Of a stretch of 64,000 nt of DNA, positions 1 to 10,753 are shown in pieces; position 1 is the first letter of the stretch, and each line of letters opens with the position of its first letter. The notes beneath the pieces were generated by a model, which saw nothing but the letters and a program-made list of their open reading frames with translations, was not told where the DNA came from and ran no database searches. Source of the DNA: Eledone cirrhosa (taxonomy: Eukaryota); contig OZ024746.1 in assembly GCA_964016885.1 (NCBI GenBank), positions 50,592,001-50,656,000 on the forward strand. The letters run 5' to 3'. The translations under genes and the position numbers were made by a program.

Positions 1-113
1 TGGAGCTTCCTGGATAGTGAATATATTTACTCCACTAACTTGTTAAGTGCTTTATATCAGTTATAAAAATGTTTAAGCTTGTTGAATCCCAACAAATTAA
101 ATATAACCTCTGC

Positions 114-378
114 ATATATGTATATATATATGTATATATGTGTATATATGTGTATATATGTATATATATATGTGTGTATATATGTATATATATATGTGTG
201 TATATATGTATATATATATATGTGTGTATATATGTATATATGTGTGTATATATGTATATATGTGTGTATATATGTATATATGTATGTGTATATATGTATA
301 TATGTGTGTATATGTATATATGTGTATATATGTATATATGTGTGTATATATGTATATATGTGTGTATATATGTATATA

Positions 379-409
<31 letters not shown>

Positions 410-484
410 GTGTATATATGTATATGTGTGTATATGTATATGTGTATATATGTATATATGTATATGTATATATATATATGTATA

Positions 485-554
<70 letters not shown>

Positions 555-563
555 TACACATAC
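114..563. repeat. Compound (TA)n/(TG)n microsatellite, representative of many (e.g. 1060-1375, 3935-4310, 25390-26195, 26540-26845, 33088-33285, 60945-61342)
   Basis: Direct reading; explains the Y/I/H/T/V/C-only ORFs. Confidence 0.97.
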
Positions 564-1184
564 AGTTCAAATATTTACTAGGTCAGATTGAATTGCTTTC
601 AAACCAGCTTTAACCATAATTTGATATGTATGTGTTTTTGATCGCTCTATCACTCTGCCTATCTTTCTGTGTATGTGTACACACGTACACACATACATAT
701 ACATATATATACATATACATATATATATGATTATGCTGAACTTCCATTTGCATGTATGTATGTATATATATATATAGGAGAGAGAGAGAGATCATACATA
801 GCTTTGAATAAATGAGGTGTGTATGTGGTGGTGTTCATGGCAGCACGTGTGGTATAAAGATGGTGGTGGTGGTGACGGAGGGGTGGAGGGGGGGGGGGAG
901 TTGTGCCTTGAATGGTGGTGTTGGTGGCGCTTGTAGTGCTGGTTGTGATGGTGTATTGTTTGTGTTAAATATATGACCTGGGGGTGGTGGTGTGGCTTAT
1001 AATTTACTGCTGAACTGTCAAAAAGACAAGTGAACTACTTTTCTGAATGGTGTGTGTGTTAGTATGTGTATATATATATATATAATGTATATATGTGTGT
1101 ATTCCAGTATTTTAACCCTTATATATATATAGTGTGTATGTGTTAGTATATATATATATATATATATATATAGTGTATGTGTTA

Positions 1185-1222
<38 letters not shown>

Positions 1223-1266
1223 ATGTGTTAGTATATATATATATATATATAGTGTGTATGTGTTAG

Positions 1267-1297
<31 letters not shown>

Positions 1298-1373
1298 TAT
1301 ATGTGTTAGTATATATATATATATATATATATATAGTATGTATGTGTTAGTATATATATATATATATATATAT

Positions 1374-3140
1374 ATATGAATAAATTTAGTCCTTCATCAG
1401 TGATCTTCCTACCTTCATGGGCATTTCATCGCTTTAAAGACCATATACCTCCGGTTGGTGCGAGCAACGGTTAAAGAAAGTCGTTGGGACACGTAAATAG
1501 GGGAACGAGCGAGACTGTAAACAATCAAAGACGGTAATGCAACGAAAAGTGAGGAAGAAGGAGTCAAGTCCCAGAAATCGATGAATATAAGTTCTGTGAA
1601 ATCGTGGACGAGAGAGAATAAAGACCATCAAACCTGGTCGAAATGTGAGCAAGGAAAGAATTTCGCACAGGTCAAACGGGAGGAAGAAGGAGTCTAGTCC
1701 CTGAATTCGGTGAACATAAGTTCTTTGAAATCGTAGACGAGAGAGAAAAAAAGGAACAACCAACCTGGTCAAAGTGTGCATGAGGAAAGAATTTCGCATA
1801 GGTCAAACGGGAGGAAGTGGGAGAGGGAGTAGCAGAGAGTGAGTGAGTGAAAGGTGAGGAAGAGGCTAACAGAGAGTGTGACTGTTAGAGGGGATAAAGA
1901 GAAGTGAGAGATACTGAGAAAGAGGAAGCAGTAAGAATGAAAAAGACGGGTCACAGCGGAGGAAAATATATATGTGTGAATATGAAAACAAGACGTGCTG
2001 CGTAGTTGCAAATGGGTTACATATGAATAAATTTAGTCCTTCATCAGTGATCTTCCAACCTTCATGTGTATTTCATCGCTTTAAAGACCATATACCTCCG
2101 GTTGGTGCGAGTAACGGCTAAAGAAAGTCGTTGGGACACGTAAATAGGGGAACGAGCGAGACTGTAAACAATCAAAGACGGTAATGCAACGAAAAGTGAG
2201 GAAGAAGGAGTCAAGTCCCAGAAATCGATGAATATAAGTTCTGTGAAATCGTGGACGAGAGAGAATAAAGACCATCAAACCTGGTCGAAATGTGAGCAAG
2301 GAAAGAATTTCGCACAGGTCAAACGGGAGGAAGAAGGAGTCTAGTCCCTGAATTCGGTGAACATAAGTTCTTTGAAATCGTAGACGAGAGAGAAAAAAAG
2401 GAACAACCAACCTGGTCAAAGTGTGCATGAGGAAAGAATTTCGCATAGGTCAAACGGGAGGAAGTGGGAGAGGGAGTAGCAGAGAGTGAGTGAGTGAAAG
2501 GTGAGGAAGAGGCTAACAGAGAGTGTGACTGTTAGAGGGGATAAAGAGAAGTGAGAGATACTGAGAAAGAGGAAGCAGTAAGAATGAAAAAGACGGGTCA
2601 CAGCGGAGGAAAATATATATGTGTGAATATGAAAACAAGACGTGCTGCGTAGTTGCAAATGGGTTACATATGAATAAATTTAGTCCTTCATCAGTGATCT
2701 TCCAACCTTCATGTGTATTTCATCGCTTTAAAGACCATATACCTCCGGTTGGTGCGAGTAACGGCTAAAGAAAGTCGTTGGGACACGTAAATAAGGGGAA
2801 CGAGCGAGACTTTAAACAATCACAGATGGTAATGCAACGAAAAGTGAGGAAGAAGGAGTCAAGTCCCAGAAATCGATAAATATAAGTTCTGTGAAATCGT
2901 GGACGAGAGAGAATAAAGACCATCAAACTTAGTCGAAATGTGAGCAAGGAAAGAATTTCGCACAGGTCAAACGGGAGGAAGGAGTCTAGTCCCTGAATTT
3001 GGTGAACATAAGTTCTGTGAAATCGTAGACGAGAGAGTAGAAAAGGAACAACCAACCTGGTCAAAGTGTGCGTGAGGAAAGAATATCGCACAGGTCAAAC
3101 GGGAGGAAGTGGGAGAGGGAGTAGCAGAGAGTGAGTGAGT
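1374..3140. repeat. 647-bp tandem repeat, about 2.7 copies, with internal ~120-bp sub-repeats
   Basis: Near-identical ORFs at 1434/2081 and 1769/2416 (period 647); third copy more diverged and ends at an RTE tail at 3141. Confidence 0.93.
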
Positions 3141-3870
3141 ATCATCATCATCATCATCGTTTAACGTCCATCTTCCACGCTTGCATGGGTTTGACGGGAG
3201 TTTTCCCACTTGAGGCAAGATTGGTTGTCCTGCTCGTATAGGACTGTCTGGCGGGTTTTCTACTGCTGGATGCCCTTCCTAACACCAACCCCGTTTACAG
3301 TGTGGACTAGGATGTTTTTACCGTGTTACCTACACGGCCACATTACAGCGTGGACTGTGTGTTTTTTTTGTCGTGACACCTACACGACCTCATTTGTTTC
3401 GGACTGGATGTTATGGTACCAACATAACTTCACATTTAAGGGGGTGGTGTGGATGGGGTGGAGGTAGTGGGACGGGGGTGTATTTTGTTAGAGGTGCCTA
3501 CTGACTGTAGGTTTCGCTTTGTACTTAGGCGAGTCTTCTGTATAACTGTGTAGCGCCAAAGCTCTCAGTCCAGTGACATTGTCTTGGAGAGGTGTAAGTG
3601 TGTGAGGTCGGAATTTATCAAGTCGTCCCAGGTTTTTCTGGGTCTGCCTACTCCGTGGCTACCGTCTATTTTTATCGCCCTGCACTTTTTTATACAGCTA
3701 TCGTCTTTCATGCGCATCACGTGACCATACCAACGTAGTCTTCTCTCGAGTAAACAACATCTGATCCCTCTTATTCCTAATTTCTCCCTTAGTTCGTTTA
3801 TGCTTTGCCGTTCACATATATTACTATTACACATCCAGCGGAGCATGCAAGCTTCGTTTCTCTCCAGTCT
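3141..3870 (-). mobile_element. RTE-clade LINE 3' fragment (family A)
   Basis: ORF MLRWMCNS...RRLRWYGHVMRM...GRPRKTW, 3' UTR and (GAT)n tail; same family as 20430-22821. Confidence 0.92.
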
Positions 3871-3955
3871 ATATATATATGTCTAACCCATGCTAGCGTG
3901 GAAAGTGGACGTTAAACGAGGATGATGATGATGATATAGTGTGTATGTGTTTGTG

Positions 3956-4002
<47 letters not shown>

Positions 4003-4231
4003 TGTATGTGTTAGTATATATATATATATATATATAGTGTGTATATATATATATAATAGTGTGTATATATATATATATATATATAGTATATATATATATA
4101 TATAGTGTGTGTGTGTATATCTATATATATATATATAGTGTGTATATATATATATATAGTGTGTATATATATATATATATAGTGTATATATATATATAGT
4201 GTGTGTGTATATCTATATATATATATATATA

Positions 4232-4283
<52 letters not shown>

Positions 4284-4913
4284 TGTATACTAACATATAT
4301 ACACACAAAGTGTGTGTGTTTCTGGCTATTATGTATGCATGTGTTTATATGTATATAGGCATAAGTGTATGTCTTTTTTTACCCCCTCCACCTCTCTTTA
4401 GTCCAGGCTGTTGTAGTACATTGTCAGGGGTGGATACTGTGGAAATGTACACTACTTCATACCTTCTGGGTATAATATTAATATATATCAAGTTGTGTGT
4501 TGAAACACTGAAGCACACACACGCACACACACACATATATATATATGCGTGCGTGTGTGTGTGTATGTGTGTACACACACACACATATGTAGTAAAAGTT
4601 TGGTAGAAATATCCCAGGTTAAGAGCACTCAGTCTATATGACGAGTTAAGTATAATTAGTAACAGTTGTCACTAATTACACACACACACATAGTCCCTCC
4701 TCATAACGGAACCATCCAATTTCCATACTGTAAATGTGGTTGATGTTAGGAAGGGCATCCAGCTGTAGAATACCCGGTCAAATTTACAGTCCTCGTCGGA
4801 GCAAGGTACAATGTGGCCAACTCTGGTCAGACTTGCCTCCCAGCTTGGACGACCCATCTAGCCAATGCAAGCATGGAAAAATGGACACTAAACAGTGATT
4901 ATATATATATATA

Positions 4914-5211
4914 GGTTGACTTTGCCTTTCATCCTTACGGGGTCGATAAAATAAAGTACCAGTAATGCACTGGGTAATTGCTGGCCTTGTGCCTAAAGTA
5001 GAAACAATTATATATATATATATATATAATTGTTTCTACTTTTGGCACAAGACCAGCAATTATCCCAGTGCATTACTGGTACTTTATTTTATCGACCCCG
5101 TAAGGATGAAAGGCAAAGTTAACCACGGCAGGATTTGAACTCAGACCTTAAAGGGGCGTAACTCTATGCTGGAAAGCATGGCGTCCCTCTACCGATACTG
5201 CCAATCCACCA
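4914..5211. mobile_element. Two tail-to-tail tRNA-derived SINEs (family S1, Meta-like central domain)
   Basis: GCCTTTCATCCTTACGGGGTCGATAAAATAAAGTACCAG on both strands around a (TA)n spacer; B-box GAGTTCAAATC in the minus copy. Confidence 0.85.
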
Positions 5212-5624
5212 TAAAGAGTCAGGACCTGGCGGCTGAGCTCTGCCATTTCAACAGCTAGTTCCAGAACTACTTGTTGAAATGGCAAGAGTTCAGCTATTGG
5301 ATGCTGACTCTTTATGATATAGCCATACTCTACTACTCCAAGTATCGAGTACTCTGTTGAATAATAGAATAACTAGTTTTAAACTGGTTCTATCTTGATA
5401 CACATGCACAAACGCACGTGCGCATGCACACACACACTACAGAATTAACCAAAACTGCACAAATTTATGGGTTTTAAAGACATGTACACATCAAATTTTA
5501 TGTATATCCCTGTAAATTGGAAAAAATAATCTTGAATCGATCTTTGAACTTTTTCGGGTTCTTTTCAAAAGATAGGTATATCATCCAAACAAGCACAAGG
5601 AAATACATAAGTGAGGGACTTATA

Positions 5625-6915
5625 TATGAGGTACTCGCAAAAGGTTTTGAAACTTTTATCAGAGAGACATTTATCTAACTCAGATCAACACAGAGCTCTA
5701 GTTGCCCTCAAAATAAGATCCTCCAACTTTAATGCACTTGTAGTGCTCCAGCCACTTCTGGAAGGCCCCCTTGTATTCCTCCAAAGCGAAGGTCTGGGGC
5801 GCTTGTCACAGCCTCCTTCATCTCCTCCACGTCCTCATAGCAGATACCCCTGAGCTTCCCCTTCAGCTTCAGGAACATCTAGAAATTGCATGGGCTAAGT
5901 CTAGACTGTAGGGAGGACGAAGGACAGTCTTGATCCCCATATTGACCAAGTAGTTGGTCGCCAGGATGGATTTGTGGCAGGGGACCTTGTTTTGGTACAG
6001 GTGCCCCTGATCAGACTTGAAGAGTTCTGGTCTCTTGCAACGAAATCTCTTTCTTAACTGCCTCAAAACCTCCACAAGGTACTCTTTGTTGACTGTCTGG
6101 CCATCTGGGACCCAGTGGATGTAAATGATGCTCTTGCTGTTGAAGAATGGGATCATCATGAGCTTCCTAGTGCACCTGCTTTACCTGGCCTTCTTGGGTT
6201 TTGGGGAGTCAGAATGTTTCTACTCGGCACTCTGTCTATTGGTTTCTGGATCATAACAGTAGACCCAGCTTTTGTCACATTTTACCAGAGACTCAAGTAC
6301 ACTAGGATTCGAAGCGATCCACTCGACCATCTCTCTACTGTCATCAATGAGCCTCTGCCCTTCATTGTGCACCTTGGGAACAAACTTTGCACATGCTCAG
6401 ATCGTCATGAATGACTCTGTGCACAGTGTCTTCAGCCACTTCAAATTGTTTAGCAATTGTCAGAAGAGATGCATGAGTCTTCGTACAGAAATTTGCAAAT
6501 TTTGTTGACCAACTTTATTGTTCTGATGTCCCTTTTCCTGTCATACTTTGTGTCCCTCACCTGCTCCTTGCCCTCCTGGAACCTCTTGTGCCAGGGGAAA
6601 ACAGTCGCTTGGCTCATGAAAGTTAATTCAAAAGCTGTTTTGACCATTTCATAGGTTTATGCAGCATTTTAGCTGAGCTCGACACTAAACTCTATTGCAT
6701 ATCAAGCCTCCAAGTTGTTCTCACACCCTGACTGCATTGTAGAACCAGTCAGCTGTAGCACCCGAAACCTTCAACCTGGAAGGAAAAAAAAAAAAAAAAT
6801 TGTCATGTTAATTTATATTAATCATATCACAAATGTAATAGAGTGACAATTACATAGGTCAATTAAAAATGCCTGAAAAGAAAAATGTTTCAAAACTTCT
6901 TGAGTGTACCTCGTA
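5625..6915 (-). mobile_element. Degenerate mariner (Tc1/mariner) DNA transposon
   Basis: Transposase remnants GQTVNKEY...KRPEL...PPYSLDLA (YSPDLAP motif); imperfect TIRs TA-TGAGGTACTCGCAAAAGGTTTTGAAAC and GTTTCAAAACTTCTTGAGTGTACCTCG-TA; about 1.3 kb. Confidence 0.88.
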
Positions 6916-7194
6916 TTCTATGACTGTGAGTACAGGTGTTATATTGTTGGTTCATTAAATTTGCTGTCTACATGGACGTGCAGACTACATTTATCTACAT
7001 AGACTGACAGACCTACTACATTGGCATGTAGATTAACTAACAGGCTTCTGCACAGTTTCCATCTCCCAAATTTTCACTCTCAAGGCATTAGTCAACTCAA
7101 AAATATAGTAGCAGGCACTTGCCCAAGGAGTCACACAGTGGGACATCACCCCCAAACCACCTGGTTGCAAAGTGAACACAGCCATGTCTACACC

Positions 7195-7228
<34 letters not shown>

Positions 7229-7640
7229 ATCATCATCATCATTTTACGTCTGTTTTTCCATATTTGCATGGGTTGGACGGGTTCTTCTCAGCACGGCATC
7301 TCTTCACTTGTCACATTCCTTCATCATCTCCTCTGCCAGTCTTAGAGATTTGAGATCAGCTCTTACAACCTCTGCCCAGATCTTGGCCATCCCCTACTGC
7401 GTCTTTCTTCCATTGGGATTTCCTGGCATTTCTTCACCCATCGGTCATTGCCCATGTGCATTACATATCCATACCAATGCAGTCTTCTCTCCTGCACACC
7501 ACCTTGGATTCTTCTTAAACCCAGCTTCTCCTTCAGCCCATCCATATGGTATAAATCAAAGTTGTAGCTGCAGCAGGGCAGATACCAATCGAATTGTTTG
7601 AGGCAGTCAAAAAGCACTCAATTGTGCAAAAAGTTAATAC

Positions 7641-7730
<90 letters not shown>

Positions 7731-8444
7731 ATACTTTGGGAGGGTCATGTTGCCAATAAGAAACACATGCACCAGTTGCTTTCACTTCAATTTATTATAG
7801 ATTAAATTTATGAATTTATAAATTTCCGGTTGGTTGGTTGGTTCCACAACCAGATGATTGTTCATATATTGTCAAAGTTCTTTCGTCACACATTCTGTGA
7901 CCTCTTCAGTGACTGGGGATTCTTTTCTTTGTTTTTGTGCCTCTCCTTTGTTCTGTCCTACGCCATCTTGTTTTTGTGTGTGTTGTGTGCTTAGTTTGCG
8001 CACGTGTTACATCCGGGTGTCTGTGTGTGTTTATATTTGTTTATTTATATGTTACTGGTTGGTTGTTTGTTCTATGTGTGTGTGTGTGTTTTCATTTTGA
8101 CCTTAATTGTATGGCGGCGGCGGTTAGATATCATACCAGTAATGCACTGGTTAATTTCTGGCCTTGTGCCAAAAGTAGAAACAATTATATATATATATAT
8201 ATATATATATCATTATCATTCTTCTTGTTTTTATGGCCATTTGTCATGTTTGTGTGTGTGTGTGTGTGTGTAAATATATATATCATCGATTCGCGTCTAT
8301 TTTTCCATGCTAGCATGTGTTAGACAAGTATCTATATAGTTGATTTATGTTTATTTATATTTCCGTAATACATATTTTGCTGATGTTGTTTCCTCGCCAG
8401 GCGACCCCTGTATGACCCCTGTCAGAAGTACATATAATAATAAT

Positions 8445-9062
8445 AATTGTTTCTACTTTAGGCACAAGGCCAGCAATTACCCAGTGCATTACTGGTACTC
8501 TATTTTATCGACCCCGTAAGGATGAAAGGCAAAGTCAACCTCGGACATAATAATAATAACTGTTTCTACTTAAGGCATAAAGCCAGGAGTTTAAAGGGGA
8601 GGGGGAAATTGATTAAATCGACCCTAGTACTCATTGGTGATTTATTTTATTGACCCTGAAAGGAGGAAAGGCAAAGATAACCATGGCGCAATTTGAACTC
8701 AAAACATATAGGACTGTAACTTTCTGCCACAAAGCATGGTATCTGGCGCTCTACCGATATTGCAAATCCATCACCCTGGATAATAATAATAATTGTTTCT
8801 ACTTTTGGCACAAGGCAGCAATTACCCAGTACATTACTGGTACTTTATTTTATCGACCCCCATAAGGATGAAAGGCAAAGTTAACCTCGACGGGATTTGA
8901 ACTCAGACCATAAAGGGACATAACTATGCTAGAAAGCATGGCGTCCAACCTTCTACCGATACTGCCAATTCATAATAATTGTTTCTACGTTAGGCACAAT
9001 TATTCAGTGTATTACTGGTACTTTATTTTATCGACCCCGTAAGGATGAAAGGCAAAGTTAAC
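8445..9062 (-). mobile_element. Cluster of about four S1-type SINE copies/fragments
   Basis: Repeated AATTGTTTCTACTT...ATCGACCCCGTAAGGATGAAAGGCAAAG blocks. Confidence 0.85.
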
Positions 9063-10066
9063 TGCCAATTCATAATAATGATATGTATATACAAGGTGTT
9101 GTCTCGAAAATCGAGTTGAGGTGTGAGTGTATTAGAATTTATAGATTAATTTGAAACTCAACATAAAGAAACTGCCAAAACAGTAAAATACCATCAATGG
9201 CGACGTTGGGTAAAGACTTACACTTATATATATCACACTCTTAGTACAACCCCAAAGTACATACTGGAGACTACGCATCGAGTGCTCACTTTGGTGAACC
9301 AAGATTAACTTGACGTTACTATCCCAAAACTAATATACCAGGTGGTGCTCTTATGTTAGGCATTGCTTTGGCCAATACTGGCCGAAACAAAATTAAATGA
9401 AAGATGTCATGTCTGAGAATATCAGAAACCTGTAGAAGCTCAAAGATTCTCAGGAATAAATCCGAGCATTTATTAAAATTAAATTAAAAGTCCATTGACA
9501 TATATATATATATATATATAAAATAAACATATCAAACATTGGCGGAGGGTGGGGGGTAATTTGTAAAGAGTGTAAACACACATAGTTACGGAGTATTTAT
9601 ATTCAATAATGATTAATCATTATTCATGGTTCTCGTTAAATTTTTTATATGCTACCTCCGTAACTATGTGTGTTTACACTCTTATAAATTATCTCCTGTC
9701 AATGTTTGATATGTTTATTTTATATATATATATGTCAATCGGCTTTTAATTTATGTGTGTGTGTATACAGGCAAAATTCCGAATTTTAACGAAATTCCGA
9801 ATTTTAACGAAAATATAACGAATTTTTCAGTATAATTAAATTTTTTTCAATCCCTGCCCATATGTCCGATGTGTTAGGTCGCGATCTCGTTATAACAAAT
9901 ATTTCATTACAACAAATTTTTTTATACCGTGAATTTCATTATAACCGAATTTCACTGTACATATAATATATATATGTGTGTGTGTGTGTGTATTTATTTG
10001 TTATGGCTAAGTAGTGAGTCTTGTTTACTCTGGAGTTTCACCTGCGCACTCACAGGATCATCAGAT

Positions 10067-10121
10067 AGTCTTATCTGATGATCCTGTGTGTGCACAGGTG
10101 AAACTCCAGAGTAACAAGATT
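10067..10121 (+). ncRNA. Type I hammerhead ribozyme motif (with an inverted copy at about 10014-10066)
   Basis: Stem I AGTCTTAT/ACAAGATT; CTGATGA 10075-81; stem II CCTGTG-TGTG-CACAGG; GAAA 10100-03; stem III CTC-CA-GAG; GUA site, cleavage after 10113. Folded by eye. Confidence 0.8.
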
Positions 10122-10204
10122 CACTACTTAGCTATAATAAATGAACATTTACATTTTACTTCGGTATTGAGTACCCCTTTCTCTCGTCCGTCAACTACAT
10201 ACAG

Positions 10205-10237
<33 letters not shown>

Positions 10238-10373
10238 TTTAAATAAAATTAAAATAATATTTGGAAGCTTAACATTGCATGCAAGATTAAAAGTGCCAAG
10301 GTAATAGGAGTTATAGAGAATAAAAGACTGAGAAAAGAGTGAGGACGATAGAATTTTACCTTGGTTATTTTAT

Positions 10374-10420
10374 TGATCTCAAATATTTTCGGACTTAACC
10401 CATTGTCAAGAGAGGATCAG
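10374..10420 (-). ncRNA. Minimal hammerhead motif with U3-A8 core
   Basis: Minus strand: TGATCCTCTC-TTGACAA-TGGGTTAAGTCC-GAAA-ATAT-TT-GAGATCAATAAA; stem I TCTC/GAGA; palindromic stem III. Confidence 0.55.
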
Positions 10421-10538
10421 TGTATAGGTATTTAAAGAGCAATCGGAGAATTGTTGTTGTTTGGCTGGCAGATTCAATTTAAATGTATGAAAAAGACGTT
10501 AAAATTTATTCTCTATAACTCCTATTACCTTGGCACTT

Positions 10539-10753
10539 TTAACCCCTTAGCATTTACATTACTCTATATTTACTATTATATTTTCATGGTAAAAGGTTTA
10601 CTATCATAATATCGAATCTATGCGATTTTGATGTTATTTATTTTGAGTACAATACTTTAACATCAGTATGAGCAGCCAGATACAGCCAGTTCGAACAGAA
10701 AGAGGTGAGAGAATTCAGGCCAGATATGGCCGGTTTAAATGCCAAAGGGTTAA
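10539..10753. mobile_element. piggyBac-type MITE (~200 bp); other copies near 13263, 14511, 14870, 15450, 17060, 20271-22895 (interrupted), 36904-37113, 47230, 51408-51801
   Basis: Family consensus TTAA-CCCTTTAGCATT ... AATGCTAAAGGG-TTAA: TTAA duplication with CCC/GGG termini. Confidence 0.88.

Noticed and set aside
35-613. Long Y/I/H/T/V/C ORFs here and near 25.2-26.9 kb, 28.1 kb, 33.1 kb and 60.9 kb
   Set aside because: Translations of dinucleotide microsatellites, which lack stop codons.
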